Source: an uncultured bacterium
Lineage (GTDB): Bacteria; Chlamydiota; Chlamydiia; Chlamydiales; SM23-39
DNA: 64,000 bases
NCBI GenBank assembly: GCA_963716985.1
Contig: OY970323.1
Coordinates: forward strand, 896,001-960,000
Direction of reading: 5' to 3'
A program made the translations under genes and the position numbers. The notes beneath the pieces were generated by a model. It did no database searches and was not told the DNA's origin. It was given only the letters and a program-made list of their open reading frames with translations. Each line of letters begins with the position of its first letter. Position 1 is the first letter of the stretch. Below, piece after piece: positions 39,493 to 48,645 of the stretch.

Positions 39493-41844
39493 TCATTGAG
39501 GCTTTTCCTCAGAAGGAGATGGCCCCTCTTCGTTAGTGGGTGTCAAGGTAATGAGGTAGAAGCGCTGAGATTTGGTTTCAGAAGGAGGCTTCGCTGATCG
39601 TGTATACTTTCCTTCCGAATCTTTCTTGAGGAGACCATGTCTGAAAAGAACTTCTTTGACAAATTTCTCATCATGGCCCTTACAAATATCCCTTTTGAAA
39701 GTCTCTGGGAAGATATAGAACTCCGTTCCCTCGCTACTGGGTTTTCTGAAGCCAGCACGATTGTGAGTGCGTGAGATAGGAGTATCTCTATCAACTGGAT
39801 TGGCATGCCAATCTGTAAAACGTGATTCGGCATGTTGCTCAAGAAAATAACGCAAATCAGCTAAAAGTTGAGTTTCTTCTTGAGGTTTCATCCCCCCGAA
39901 AGCTTCAAGCCAGTCTCGGAAACACTTCATTGCAGCCCATTTTGCCATTCCTCCATCCCAACCAATGGAGGCAATGGCATCAGCTCCTATTACTCTTGTA
40001 ATATTATAATGTGTGGCAAGCTCTCCTGCTGCTGCGACAAGAGCAAAGCGGGTGGCTACACGGTAAATTTGACCATGGTCTCCATAAGGAATAGCCTCCG
40101 AGAGGAATTCATTCATCTTTTTTTTGAGGAATCCTTTTGCTTCTGAGATATTTTCTGTAAGTCTTTTCAAAAATGCATGACTGGCAACTCCATAGTATTT
40201 TTGAGCATCTTTGGTGAGTGTCTCTGCAAACACAGATCCATTTGGGAATCCGTGCAGTTCTTCAAATATTCCATATTTACCTGTGTCAGAGGGAATCTCA
40301 GCAAGTCTAATTTCTTGGCCTGCTTTTGCTTTTTTTCCAGCTTGCTCCATATGAGCAGATAAGCTGATTTCTCCGCTTGAGAGGAAAAGAATTTTCCAAG
40401 ACAAGGACTCTCTTAAACCTCCCTCCGACCGTGATCTTTCTTTTCCTGAACCGTTGGCCAACATATATGAAGAAGCTCCCAAATCATGGCCGCTCATTTC
40501 TCCGATCTCATCTAAGCAAAGAAGAGTGTCATTATGCTGGAAAGCTATTGCTTCTAAACCATTCACTGTAGCCTTCCATTTTCTCATGAAATTTTTATCA
40601 CCAAAAATAGAAGCAGCTGCGCGAAGGGCTGTTGTTTTACCGGAGCTGCTCTGTGAACGAAAGTGAAATCCACCACTTTCCGTTTCCATCAAGCCAAGAC
40701 ATGGGCCGGCAAACCCAGCACTAATTGCAAAAATCAACCTTGAGTTGCCGACAGCACGATCGGCAATAAGTTGTTGCCAATCTTGTAGGGTCCCTGCAGT
40801 AGCATAAGATCGAAAATTGAAATGTTTACTCTGAATGACAACGCTTTCTTTTTCCATTTTTCCGAAGTTTTTATCAGGAAGAATAAAAGCTTCTTTATAC
40901 CAACCTGTCTTCGATACACAGCGAATAGTTTTTGGTGGATCAGATCGTTGGATATAGTCGGCAAGGAGTTGTCTAGCCCTTACTGCTGTGGAAATCTCAA
41001 GACCTGCATTCAAAAGAGACTTTCTAAATTCTGAACAATCTCCTGCAAGCATTTCCATTGGCATTGCCCAAATATGATGGACATTATCTGCATCATCAAA
41101 TTCCAATAGTTTCCCATGGCTGAGACCATTTTCATCACGAGTGCGAGCTGTGACATGCAGTGAAGAGGAGATCCAGATTTTATTTTCCTCGTCTTCAAGG
41201 AACCATAGTCCATTTTCATCGAGTCGATAAGAATGAGTGCCTTGTCGCATCTTAGGAGAACTATTCTGGAGGGATTCAAGGTCTTTTTGCTTCTCTAGAA
41301 TCGCAAGCCTTCTTTCATGGAATTCTGCTTCTTTTTGAACTTGGTAGGATGTCTTTCCTTCTCTGGAAGGCTTCTCATCAAAGTCAAGTTCTGAGAGTGA
41401 AGGATTGTAAGCATTGATATCTACCATCAACTGCATCGATTCTTTATGTATCTGCTCATGCAATATAGAAAATCGAAGATCTCTTTGATCTTCTGCTTTT
41501 CCTTCAAAAGAAAAGTGATGAGGGTCGATGTACCCTGTAGAAAAGCTTATCTTTTCTTTCCATGGAGCAAGCAGCCCTTCCACGGCAATCTTTTTGTCCA
41601 ACAGAATGGCATAGGCTTGATAAGCATCATTCCAAACAGCTCCCATTTTTTTCATTTTCTCCTTAATGGATTTGGGTAGCTTAATTTTTGACCTGATTAT
41701 CAGAGCATTAACTTCAACTGGAACATTTTCCTTCCCTGTTCCATGGGTTGCTGCTATATTCATATTTAAGTTGATATCTTGGGAGCGTTGGTCACTCTTG
41801 GTAGGGGTTACAACGCTTCCATTGTTTTCTTTAGATGTTTCCAT
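39493..41844 (-). CDS. DUF927-domain (Cch-like) replicative helicase/ATPase
   Basis: ARTRD..HGKLLEF, KTGW, Walker A SQSSSGKTT, LCLDEI, YMLANGSGKER and LSSGE motifs. Confidence 0.82.
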   Translation of the reverse strand: METSKENNGSVVTPTKSDQRSQDINLNMNIAATHGTGKENVPVEVNALIIRSKIKLPKSIKEKMKKMGAVWNDAYQAYAILLDKKIAVEGLLAPWKEKISFSTGYIDPHHFSFEGKAEDQRDLRFSILHEQIHKESMQLMVDINAYNPSLSELDFDEKPSREGKTSYQVQKEAEFHERRLAILEKQKDLESLQNSSPKMRQGTHSYRLDENGLWFLEDEENKIWISSSLHVTARTRDENGLSHGKLLEFDDADNVHHIWAMPMEMLAGDCSEFRKSLLNAGLEISTAVRARQLLADYIQRSDPPKTIRCVSKTGWYKEAFILPDKNFGKMEKESVVIQSKHFNFRSYATAGTLQDWQQLIADRAVGNSRLIFAISAGFAGPCLGLMETESGGFHFRSQSSSGKTTALRAAASIFGDKNFMRKWKATVNGLEAIAFQHNDTLLCLDEIGEMSGHDLGASSYMLANGSGKERSRSEGGLRESLSWKILFLSSGEISLSAHMEQAGKKAKAGQEIRLAEIPSDTGKYGIFEELHGFPNGSVFAETLTKDAQKYYGVASHAFLKRLTENISEAKGFLKKKMNEFLSEAIPYGDHGQIYRVATRFALVAAAGELATHYNITRVIGADAIASIGWDGGMAKWAAMKCFRDWLEAFGGMKPQEETQLLADLRYFLEQHAESRFTDWHANPVDRDTPISRTHNRAGFRKPSSEGTEFYIFPETFKRDICKGHDEKFVKEVLFRHGLLKKDSEGKYTRSAKPPSETKSQRFYLITLTPTNEEGPSPSEEKPQ

Positions 41845-42034
41845 TTTGGTTACTCCTTTTTTCTGTCCATGTAAAAAATGCAGCTTCGTCGATCAGGATT
41901 CGTCTGCCGATCCTTTTGATCACTTGATCGAAGCCATTGAACTCAGCATTAAAAATGTAGAAGCGAAGACCTGCTTCTGTTGGCCAAATATGGAAATCAT
42001 TCCACTTTGGTACGGGTATTAGTCTTGTCATCAA
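41831..42034 (-). CDS. Excisionase-like small DNA-binding protein
   Basis: GGAGG RBS; homologous to 14260-14559 (IPVPKWNDFHIWP...ILIDEAAFFTW). Confidence 0.72.
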   Translation of the reverse strand: MMTRLIPVPKWNDFHIWPTEAGLRFYIFNAEFNGFDQVIKRIGRRILIDEAAFFTWTEKRSNQNGNI

Positions 42035-42283
42035 GTACCTCCAGGGTATTTGGGGTGATCAAGCGCAATATTTCGATTTATTGAGTTTTTGAAAATCTCT
42101 GCAGAAAAAAAAGATAACTGCACAGTTTGGAGGGAATGTTCCCATCGAGAAAAAGTTGCGAAGAGGAAAGTGGAGCCAAGCGGATATAGCTGAAGCGGGA
42201 ATGTGTTCGAAGTGCTGCGAATGATTACGATCTAGATGAGGAGCGGCATAAATCTTTAGCGGGGAATAAAATTGATAGGAGAA

Positions 42284-43495
42284 CTATTTTTTTGGTTTAT
42301 AATGTGGGTTCAAGTCTCGAATCCAATCTTCAACTGTTTTCTTGTCGTATTCTTTTTTAAACAGTTCTTGTGTGAAAGTTCTAGTTTTTTTGAGATGTTC
42401 CCACATTTTGGAGAGTTTGGGAGAAGGTTTGGTGTTTTTCCAGATGTGGCAAGCTGCCGCTCGAAAAATGATTTTGGCTAATTGATCTTTCTTCATATGG
42501 TTCAGATCGTAATTTAGCAGTTGTTCTTTGAAAGATTCATTGCCTTGTGCATTTTGGTATTTTTCGTTGTCAGAGGAGGGAAAGTAGAAGGATTTTGATC
42601 TCATCCACTCGACTATGGCAAATGTTTTAATATGAGTTTTGTAGGGTGATGGAGAAGAAGCTGTTGATGATCCAAAAATGCCTGCTTGCCATGCTCGATC
42701 TAGGAGATAAAAAAGATGGTCCTCATCTAAATTGACATTCAAAATGTGAACAGTTCCTCCACAATATTGGCGAATATAGAGAAGAAGTTCTTCTTCTGCT
42801 TTTGAAGAGGGTAGATCAGGCAAGCGCTCATCTGGACAGGTCAATAGCCGAGTTGGTTCAATGTTATAATGCAAAAGAACAGCTTCACAAATGGTTAGGT
42901 TGTCAGTTCGTTTCCATTTGTCAAAATTTTGCAGGGGAAAGAGCCTTGAAACAATAGAAAGCGCAGGCTCTGGAGGAATGGGAGGTAGCGATAATTTGGT
43001 TGGAGGAACTTGAATTTCGAGCGGACAATAACAATCGGGAAGATCCAAAGAAAGGTGCGGCCCAAATCGAACAGCGTCAACCAATTGTTGTGGCAGTATG
43101 ATTTCAAGATTTTGATGTTTTTGACAGTAATCAATCAATGCGCTGGGAGTGATCCGATAGTTCCTCTGATCCTTTCCCTCGCCCGTTAACAAGCCCGATT
43201 TCCCAATGATCCGATATACATTTTGCAGTCTTGTCAAATCAATCGGAGAGATGGGATAGGAAGGAGCAATTGTCTCTAGAGGAATAGGATCCTGCTCTCT
43301 TACCAAGAAAAAGAAAAGATTGCACGTTAAAGGAACAAGACCCGATATCAAACAGGTTGCTTGAGAAAAGCTCCATGCTCGTGCTGTAGCCCATAGTGCA
43401 TAATTTGGACGAGTTACTTCTTCGTAGGAATGTTCAATACATGCCTGCTTTTGGTGCAATTTTAGAAGAATTTCTTCAACAGACGGTTTACTCAT
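42284..43495 (-). CDS. Hypothetical integrase-associated protein with internal duplication and C-terminal HTH-like region
   Basis: Two similar segments (WATARAWSFSQATCLISGLVP and WKRTDNLTICEAVLLHYNIEP); overlaps the integrase end. Confidence 0.7.
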   Translation of the reverse strand: MSKPSVEEILLKLHQKQACIEHSYEEVTRPNYALWATARAWSFSQATCLISGLVPLTCNLFFFLVREQDPIPLETIAPSYPISPIDLTRLQNVYRIIGKSGLLTGEGKDQRNYRITPSALIDYCQKHQNLEIILPQQLVDAVRFGPHLSLDLPDCYCPLEIQVPPTKLSLPPIPPEPALSIVSRLFPLQNFDKWKRTDNLTICEAVLLHYNIEPTRLLTCPDERLPDLPSSKAEEELLLYIRQYCGGTVHILNVNLDEDHLFYLLDRAWQAGIFGSSTASSPSPYKTHIKTFAIVEWMRSKSFYFPSSDNEKYQNAQGNESFKEQLLNYDLNHMKKDQLAKIIFRAAACHIWKNTKPSPKLSKMWEHLKKTRTFTQELFKKEYDKKTVEDWIRDLNPHYKPKK

Positions 43496-44549
43496 TGATC
43501 ATCTTCTCCATTCGGGCAACGAGAGTTTTTTTATGCTCATTAGCGAGATGGGAATATCTTTTTGTGGTCTGCATGCTTTTATGGCCGAGCATATCGGAGA
43601 TCTCCCGAGTAGAAATGCCACTCATGGTCAAATAGCTGGCGGTTGTGTGCCTGAGGTCGTGGAAACGAAACTCAACGATCCCTGCTCGTTTCACAGCAGC
43701 TTCCCATGCAGTGCGAATGCAAATAGGCTGTGTGGAATCATTGTCTGAAGGGAACAAGAAGGCGTCTCTTTCAACATGCCGGTTGTGGACCAGTTCAAAA
43801 ACTTGATCACTCATTGGGAGTATTCGGTTCTCGGTATTTTTGGTGCCAACAAGCACGAAGAGTCGATTCTCCAGATCGATGTCTTTTCCCTTCAATCCTA
43901 AGACCTCTGATTTGCGAGCACCGGTCGTTAATGCGATTAAAAAGATAAGGTAAAGATCTTTGTTCTGGCTTTGCTTGCATTCTTCTGAGAGCCGTAGAAG
44001 CTCTTCTTTGCTGAGATAACGAATTCTCCCAGGAGAGCACTTGGGCTTTCTAACCTTTAGGCAAACATTTTCATTGACCAATTGCCATTCCCTCGCAGAG
44101 GTAGAGAGGACGTGAGATAAACTGGCCAAATATTTCGCAACTGTGCTGGAGGAGCGTTTTTTATCTGGGCGAATGTTTTCCGCGAGCAGTTTGTCTCGAA
44201 CTTCAGCAATTGTGGAAGGACTGATTCGGCTGAGTTTGAGATGACCAAGCTCTTTTTCCCAACGATCGAGATGTCTTGCGACATTACGGCCGTCTTTGAT
44301 TTTGAGGGGAAGAATTTCATTGCGATAGCGGCGGATGGCTTCAGCAAGAGTATGTTGATCTGCTTTGGAGAAGCTAACATAAAGCCCTTTTTCGATCTGG
44401 CCTTCTGTCACGCGCTTCCATTGCTTTGCATGGGTTAGTGTTTTGAAATTTTTGGAAACGGGCTTGTGCCCTTTAATACGAATGCGAACTCTATATCGAG
44501 AGGACCCATCCTTGATAGTTATCCTATCGATTCCTGGTGGAATATTCAT
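43488..44549 (-). CDS. Tyrosine recombinase/integrase (IntC)
   Basis: GARKSEV, TKN, FHDLRH, MLGH and TTKRY; ATG at 44549 after AAGGAG. Confidence 0.95.
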   Translation of the reverse strand: MNIPPGIDRITIKDGSSRYRVRIRIKGHKPVSKNFKTLTHAKQWKRVTEGQIEKGLYVSFSKADQHTLAEAIRRYRNEILPLKIKDGRNVARHLDRWEKELGHLKLSRISPSTIAEVRDKLLAENIRPDKKRSSSTVAKYLASLSHVLSTSAREWQLVNENVCLKVRKPKCSPGRIRYLSKEELLRLSEECKQSQNKDLYLIFLIALTTGARKSEVLGLKGKDIDLENRLFVLVGTKNTENRILPMSDQVFELVHNRHVERDAFLFPSDNDSTQPICIRTAWEAAVKRAGIVEFRFHDLRHTTASYLTMSGISTREISDMLGHKSMQTTKRYSHLANEHKKTLVARMEKMINE

Positions 44550-44622
44550 GGCATCTCCTTGTGTCTGTTTTTTCAAAGAGTTAGCCAAGCGAATGGAATC
44601 CTTTTGCTGCTTTTTGTAGTTT

Positions 44623-44644
44623 AGTGGTCTTTTAATGGCCCACA
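44623..44644. repeat. Putative integrase arm-type sites (inner right)
   Basis: agtggtctttt-aatggcccaca, 11-bp period. Confidence 0.6.
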
Positions 44645-44710
44645 GAGTTTAGCAAAGGATTTTTCAGCTGCCAAGAATTTTCTTTGGTAATTGAATTACA
44701 ACTACATAAG

Positions 44711-44760
44711 AAGTGGGGCAACCAGGACTTGAACCTGGGACCGACGGGTTATGAGTCCGC
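44711..44760 (-). other. att core: 3' half of tRNA(CAT), second copy
   Basis: 48/50 identical to 26854-26903; no 5' tRNA half. Confidence 0.88.
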
Positions 44761-44866
44761 AGCACCCATGCTACTTCCCAGCAGCTAACTTGCCGAAATC
44801 ATAGCGGAAAGCTAGCCTTTCAAGCTACTGTGAACTGTCGTCATTTATCGCGCTTTTTTGCATGCC

Positions 44867-44888
44867 AGTGGTCCACAAATGGTCCAGG
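44867..44888. repeat. Putative integrase arm-type sites (outer right)
   Basis: agtggtccaca-aatggtccagg, matching the 26754 pair. Confidence 0.7.
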
Positions 44889-44961
44889 GGAAAACGAGTC
44901 TCTTTATCTGCCTATTCGAACAATACCGATGAAATTAGCGTCGAGGTGATCGTTGCTTTTA

Positions 44962-44985
44962 ACTGTTCAATTTTTATTGAACAGT
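44962..44985. promoter_or_regulatory. Palindromic operator upstream of the AbiEi-like gene
   Basis: Perfect 10-bp IR actgttcaat-tttt-attgaacagt; extra tgaacagt half-site at 44995-45002. Confidence 0.6.
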
Positions 44986-45018
44986 GCAAATTAGTGAACA
45001 GTCGAGTGGGAGGATCTA

Positions 45019-45732
45019 ATGAAAGGGCAGTTTTTAGTGAGGTCGACTGCAATCTTTGTAGAAGGCAATATCTATGCTGATAAATCATCCCTCATCTTAG
45101 ATTGGCTTTTAAGAGTTGGAATAGAAAAAGATGGGTTTTCATTAAGAGAGGTAGCCAAAGATCGAGAAGTGAGCGTAGGTCTGGTCCAAAGGGTTTTTGG
45201 AGTCTTGGTATCAAATGGCATTCTCAGGACCAAAGGGGTAAGAACTGCCAAAAAGTTTTTCTTCAAAAAGTCCAGCCTGCTTCTCACAAGCTGGTTAAAA
45301 GAATATAGCATCGTGAGAAAATGTAAGATGAGGACTTATCGCTCAGGCTTCTCTGAAAAAGAAGAACTTCTTGATGCGCTAAAGAAATCAAAGTTAAGTC
45401 AAAAGGTGTCATTGGCTCTTCATTCTGCGGCTGAAGCTCTCGGCTATAAGAATACCAATTTGAACACTCTCGAATTGTACGTGCTCGATCCGACTGCCAG
45501 ATCAAACCTCGAAGAGGTTCTTCAATTAGAGCCTCAAGAAAGAGGGTATGAGGTCTTACTTATTGAACCTTACTACGAGAGCTTACTTAATCTCGAAGTG
45601 AGTTCCGGCAAAAGCATAAGAGCTTGTCCCGCTTTTTTGACTTTTCTTGACCTTTACCATTTCCCTTTGCGTGGACGAGAACAGGCCGAATTTATGGCAG
45701 AACGTATTCCCGAGCTAAACAGATGCTTTTGA
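45019..45732 (+). CDS. AbiEi-like (type IV TA antitoxin) transcriptional regulator
   Basis: N-terminal wHTH (SLREVAKDREVSVGLVQRV); C-terminal FLDLYHFPLRGREQAE resembles AbiEi_2-type tails. Confidence 0.6.
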   Translation: MKGQFLVRSTAIFVEGNIYADKSSLILDWLLRVGIEKDGFSLREVAKDREVSVGLVQRVFGVLVSNGILRTKGVRTAKKFFFKKSSLLLTSWLKEYSIVRKCKMRTYRSGFSEKEELLDALKKSKLSQKVSLALHSAAEALGYKNTNLNTLELYVLDPTARSNLEEVLQLEPQERGYEVLLIEPYYESLLNLEVSSGKSIRACPAFLTFLDLYHFPLRGREQAEFMAERIPELNRCF

Positions 45733-45734
45733 TT

Positions 45735-46427
45735 TTATTCTTCGGTTAAGTAGGGCAGTTCTTTTTCGATTTGACTATCTAGCGTATCCTGAAACAATTG
45801 CAATTTTGTATGAAATTGTATGCAAAGATCCCCAGTTCTAATGTCTTTACTTTGACTTCCCAAGTATGAAGTTAAAGTAGTAGTCATAAAGTCCAAATGC
45901 GTTTTCTTCCCCTCCTCTCTTGAGCTCAAAAAATTCTTCAGCTCCTTACATATCTTTAACGTTTCGGGCAAACTGGTGCAAGGAGTTAGAAAAATAATTT
46001 TTCGGCAATTTTTAATGATTCTTAAGCCCACTAAGTAAAATTGATGGGTTCTCTGAGCATAGGACATATCAAGACCTGTGCCATCTTTTTCTGAAAGGTT
46101 AGGGGCTCGATGTTCTAGTGGGGGACAAAATACTCCCCTGAATACAAAAGCTTGTTGAAGTACATGAAGGTCTTCTAATATTTCCAGCAAAACTGGCAGA
46201 TTATCTTTTGTATCCTGATACCTCTTTTGAAGCAGAAATTCTCTGCGGAGATTTTCGCTATCAGCATGGATTTGAGTTTTAAGATTTTTAATGCCGATCA
46301 CTACTGGGACTCCAATCCCCAGCAATGTTAATACGGCTGTAATATAAGCATGAATATTTTCATGGCTCATATAGATATTCAAGAATATCAAAATAGTTGC
46401 CAAAATGAAAATTAACAGATATTTCAT
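45735..46427 (-). CDS. Hypothetical protein with two N-terminal TM segments
   Basis: Hydrophobic N-terminus; ATGA overlap with the yhcG-like gene. Confidence 0.65.
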   Translation of the reverse strand: MKYLLIFILATILIFLNIYMSHENIHAYITAVLTLLGIGVPVVIGIKNLKTQIHADSENLRREFLLQKRYQDTKDNLPVLLEILEDLHVLQQAFVFRGVFCPPLEHRAPNLSEKDGTGLDMSYAQRTHQFYLVGLRIIKNCRKIIFLTPCTSLPETLKICKELKNFLSSREEGKKTHLDFMTTTLTSYLGSQSKDIRTGDLCIQFHTKLQLFQDTLDSQIEKELPYLTEE

Positions 46428-47518
46428 TGAGTATTTTCTTCCTCTGCAATTTGTGGAAAAGACTGCCCCAACTCTGCTTCAATTTCTTCAACTGTAGGAA
46501 GCGCCCCTTTGAGGTTATCGGGTAGGGCTTTAGAGAGTTGTGTCTCAAAATTAGCAACGGTAATAGGAGATGAGTTATTGCGCAGTGCATATTCCACAAT
46601 GAGGTTGTCTTTTCCTCTACAAAGGATAAGCCCAATGGTTGGATTATCTCCTGTTTGACGCATTTTATCATCAATGGCCGCAAGATAAAAATTGATCTGA
46701 CCCGCGAAGTCCGGCTTGAATTTCACTGCTTTTAGCTCAATAAGAAAATAGCAGCGAAGTTTGATGTGATAAAATAGAAGGTCGAGGTAAAAATCTTCAT
46801 TACCTACCCGAAGAGGGACCTGTCTGCCAACGAAGGCAAACCCATTACCCAGTTCAAGGAGAAATTTTTGAAGGTGGGCTATAAGACCGTCTTCAATCTC
46901 TTTTTCGCGGGCCTCGTCAATAAGGGTGAGGAAGTCAAAGCAATAAGGGTCTTTAATAACCTGCTCAGCAAGATCGGAATAGGGAGCTGGAAGGGATGTC
47001 TGGAAGTTATTTGGAGCCTTGCCCTGTCGATGGTAAAGACCTGTTTCGATCCACATCTCGAGGACTGATCGACTGCACCCGTTTTCGACCGCTTTGCGGG
47101 CATACCACTCTCGTTCATTTAAATTTTTTACTTTTTCGACAAGAATGACATTGTGCCACCACGGGATGTTCAGGCAGAAATCGGGAGGGACTTCTAAGAG
47201 TCCAGCAGCCTGCTGGATTCTTGCATAAGAGAGGTAAAAGCTTCTCATATAGAAGACGTTAGATCTAGAAAATCCCTTTAAGCCCGGGAAGCCAGATTGA
47301 ATGTCTTTGCAGAGGCGATCGATTACCTGAGCCTTCCATCCTTCAGTTTCCTGGCGCTTAACAATCTCCGCGCCGATCCACCAATGGAGCTTAATCAGCT
47401 CTTGGTTGACCGCCATCGCCGCTTTGACTTGCGACTCGCGAATGCGGGTCTTGATGTTCTCGAGGAGAGTGGGATAACTTTCAGGAAGAAGGAGTGGTGA
47501 GGTAGTTTGGGGATTCAT
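46424..47518 (-). CDS. YhcG/DUF1016 PD-(D/E)XK nuclease
   Basis: GFSRSNVFYMRSF, KDPYCFDFL, LLELGNGFAFVGRQ, DLLFYH...IELK and GQINFY. Confidence 0.93.
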   Translation of the reverse strand: MNPQTTSPLLLPESYPTLLENIKTRIRESQVKAAMAVNQELIKLHWWIGAEIVKRQETEGWKAQVIDRLCKDIQSGFPGLKGFSRSNVFYMRSFYLSYARIQQAAGLLEVPPDFCLNIPWWHNVILVEKVKNLNEREWYARKAVENGCSRSVLEMWIETGLYHRQGKAPNNFQTSLPAPYSDLAEQVIKDPYCFDFLTLIDEAREKEIEDGLIAHLQKFLLELGNGFAFVGRQVPLRVGNEDFYLDLLFYHIKLRCYFLIELKAVKFKPDFAGQINFYLAAIDDKMRQTGDNPTIGLILCRGKDNLIVEYALRNNSSPITVANFETQLSKALPDNLKGALPTVEEIEAELGQSFPQIAEEENTQ

Positions 47519-47525
47519 TAAAACT

Positions 47526-47840
47526 CTATTGTTTTAGTTTTTCAGCAACGTAAGAATTTAAGCTCAAGCCCAAAGCTTTTGCTCGGATAGATAATTTTGC
47601 GTGGAGATCTGGGTTGATTCTGAGATTGAACGTACCAGAGAAGGTTTTTTCCGGTTTTTCTCCACGCTCTTGGCACAATGAGAGATAGACTTCGATCGAG
47701 TCTCGAAAAGAGCGTTCTAGTTCTTCAACGGTCGTTCCTTGGAATGTAATAACGTCTTTTAGTCCGACGATTTCTCCATGAAATAGTTTAGCTTCGTCAT
47801 CATATTCGACGTGACCGAGGAATCCCTTATATTTCATCAT
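47526..47840 (-). CDS. hicB: HicB-family antitoxin
   Basis: MKYKGFLGHVEYD, DVITFQG, and SGTFNLRINPDLH...SLNSYV (RHH). Confidence 0.9.
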   Translation of the reverse strand: MMKYKGFLGHVEYDDEAKLFHGEIVGLKDVITFQGTTVEELERSFRDSIEVYLSLCQERGEKPEKTFSGTFNLRINPDLHAKLSIRAKALGLSLNSYVAEKLKQ

Positions 47841-47850
47841 GAGGTTGGTC

Positions 47851-48393
47851 CTACGGTTTCAAAGAACGTAAAATTTTACTCTCAAGAATCAAGACGGCCT
47901 CTCTTGCTCTCTTAGAGAATTCATCTAATCCGCCGTTACGTTCTATACATATGGCTCCTTCGATTATGTCATCTTCTTCTAGAGGCTTACGTTTCAAAGT
48001 ATGCGGATCAATTTCTCTCCCAAGAGCCTCCCCATTTAGTGCTATCATCAGCTCCGCAAAGCTGGCGTGAGATGTTTTATTTCTTGGAGGACGGCAGTTG
48101 GTTATTTTTTCTCGTTCTATCGAATTAAGGTTACTTTGGAATACTTCGAGGACGGCAGGGATGAGATGCTCGAGTTCAGCTTTATGAAATGGTTTTTTGG
48201 TTTTTTTTCTTAACTCGTCCCTTACCTTGCTATCGAGCTGAGCAATGGTGCGCAAGCGGAGTTCTAGAGCGGTTGCAGCACCTGCGGCAGCATCAATTTT
48301 TGATTGGATGTTATGGAGAACTGAGATTAATCCTTCGATCGGAACGGGCATCCTCACCTTCTTTTGAATTTTCGGTTGGATTGTATTGCTCAT
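47851..48393 (-). CDS. Hypothetical protein, possible HEPN RNase
   Basis: Helical protein with ALELRL and an Rx4H motif RNKTSH; ends 10 nt upstream of hicB. Confidence 0.55.
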   Translation of the reverse strand: MSNTIQPKIQKKVRMPVPIEGLISVLHNIQSKIDAAAGAATALELRLRTIAQLDSKVRDELRKKTKKPFHKAELEHLIPAVLEVFQSNLNSIEREKITNCRPPRNKTSHASFAELMIALNGEALGREIDPHTLKRKPLEEDDIIEGAICIERNGGLDEFSKRAREAVLILESKILRSLKP

Positions 48394-48645
48394 AGGCTGT
48401 CCTTATTTAAAATGTTAATACGGTACCAAAAGCAGGTACTATTCAGCAAGTGGTTTTCATGTGGGATTTGTAGGCATGGACTGGCAAATATCAGCATCAA
48501 AATCGCAGGAAATATAGAACTTTTTCCGAACCTCAAAATACCAATCTATTAAATTTTTTCCACTGACGCCATTTTTCGTTCCAACAGTTTGCGATAGAAT
48601 TCAAACATTTACAACTAAACTCGTGGTATAACAATAGGAGCAAAC

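Larger units (their letters stand above)
26904..44760 (-). mobile_element. Nested integrative element Y (IntC, ~17.9 kb) between two tRNA-derived att cores
   Basis: Bounded by 50-bp direct repeats; int-hypothetical-xis-DUF927 helicase core plus defence cargo. Confidence 0.82.
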
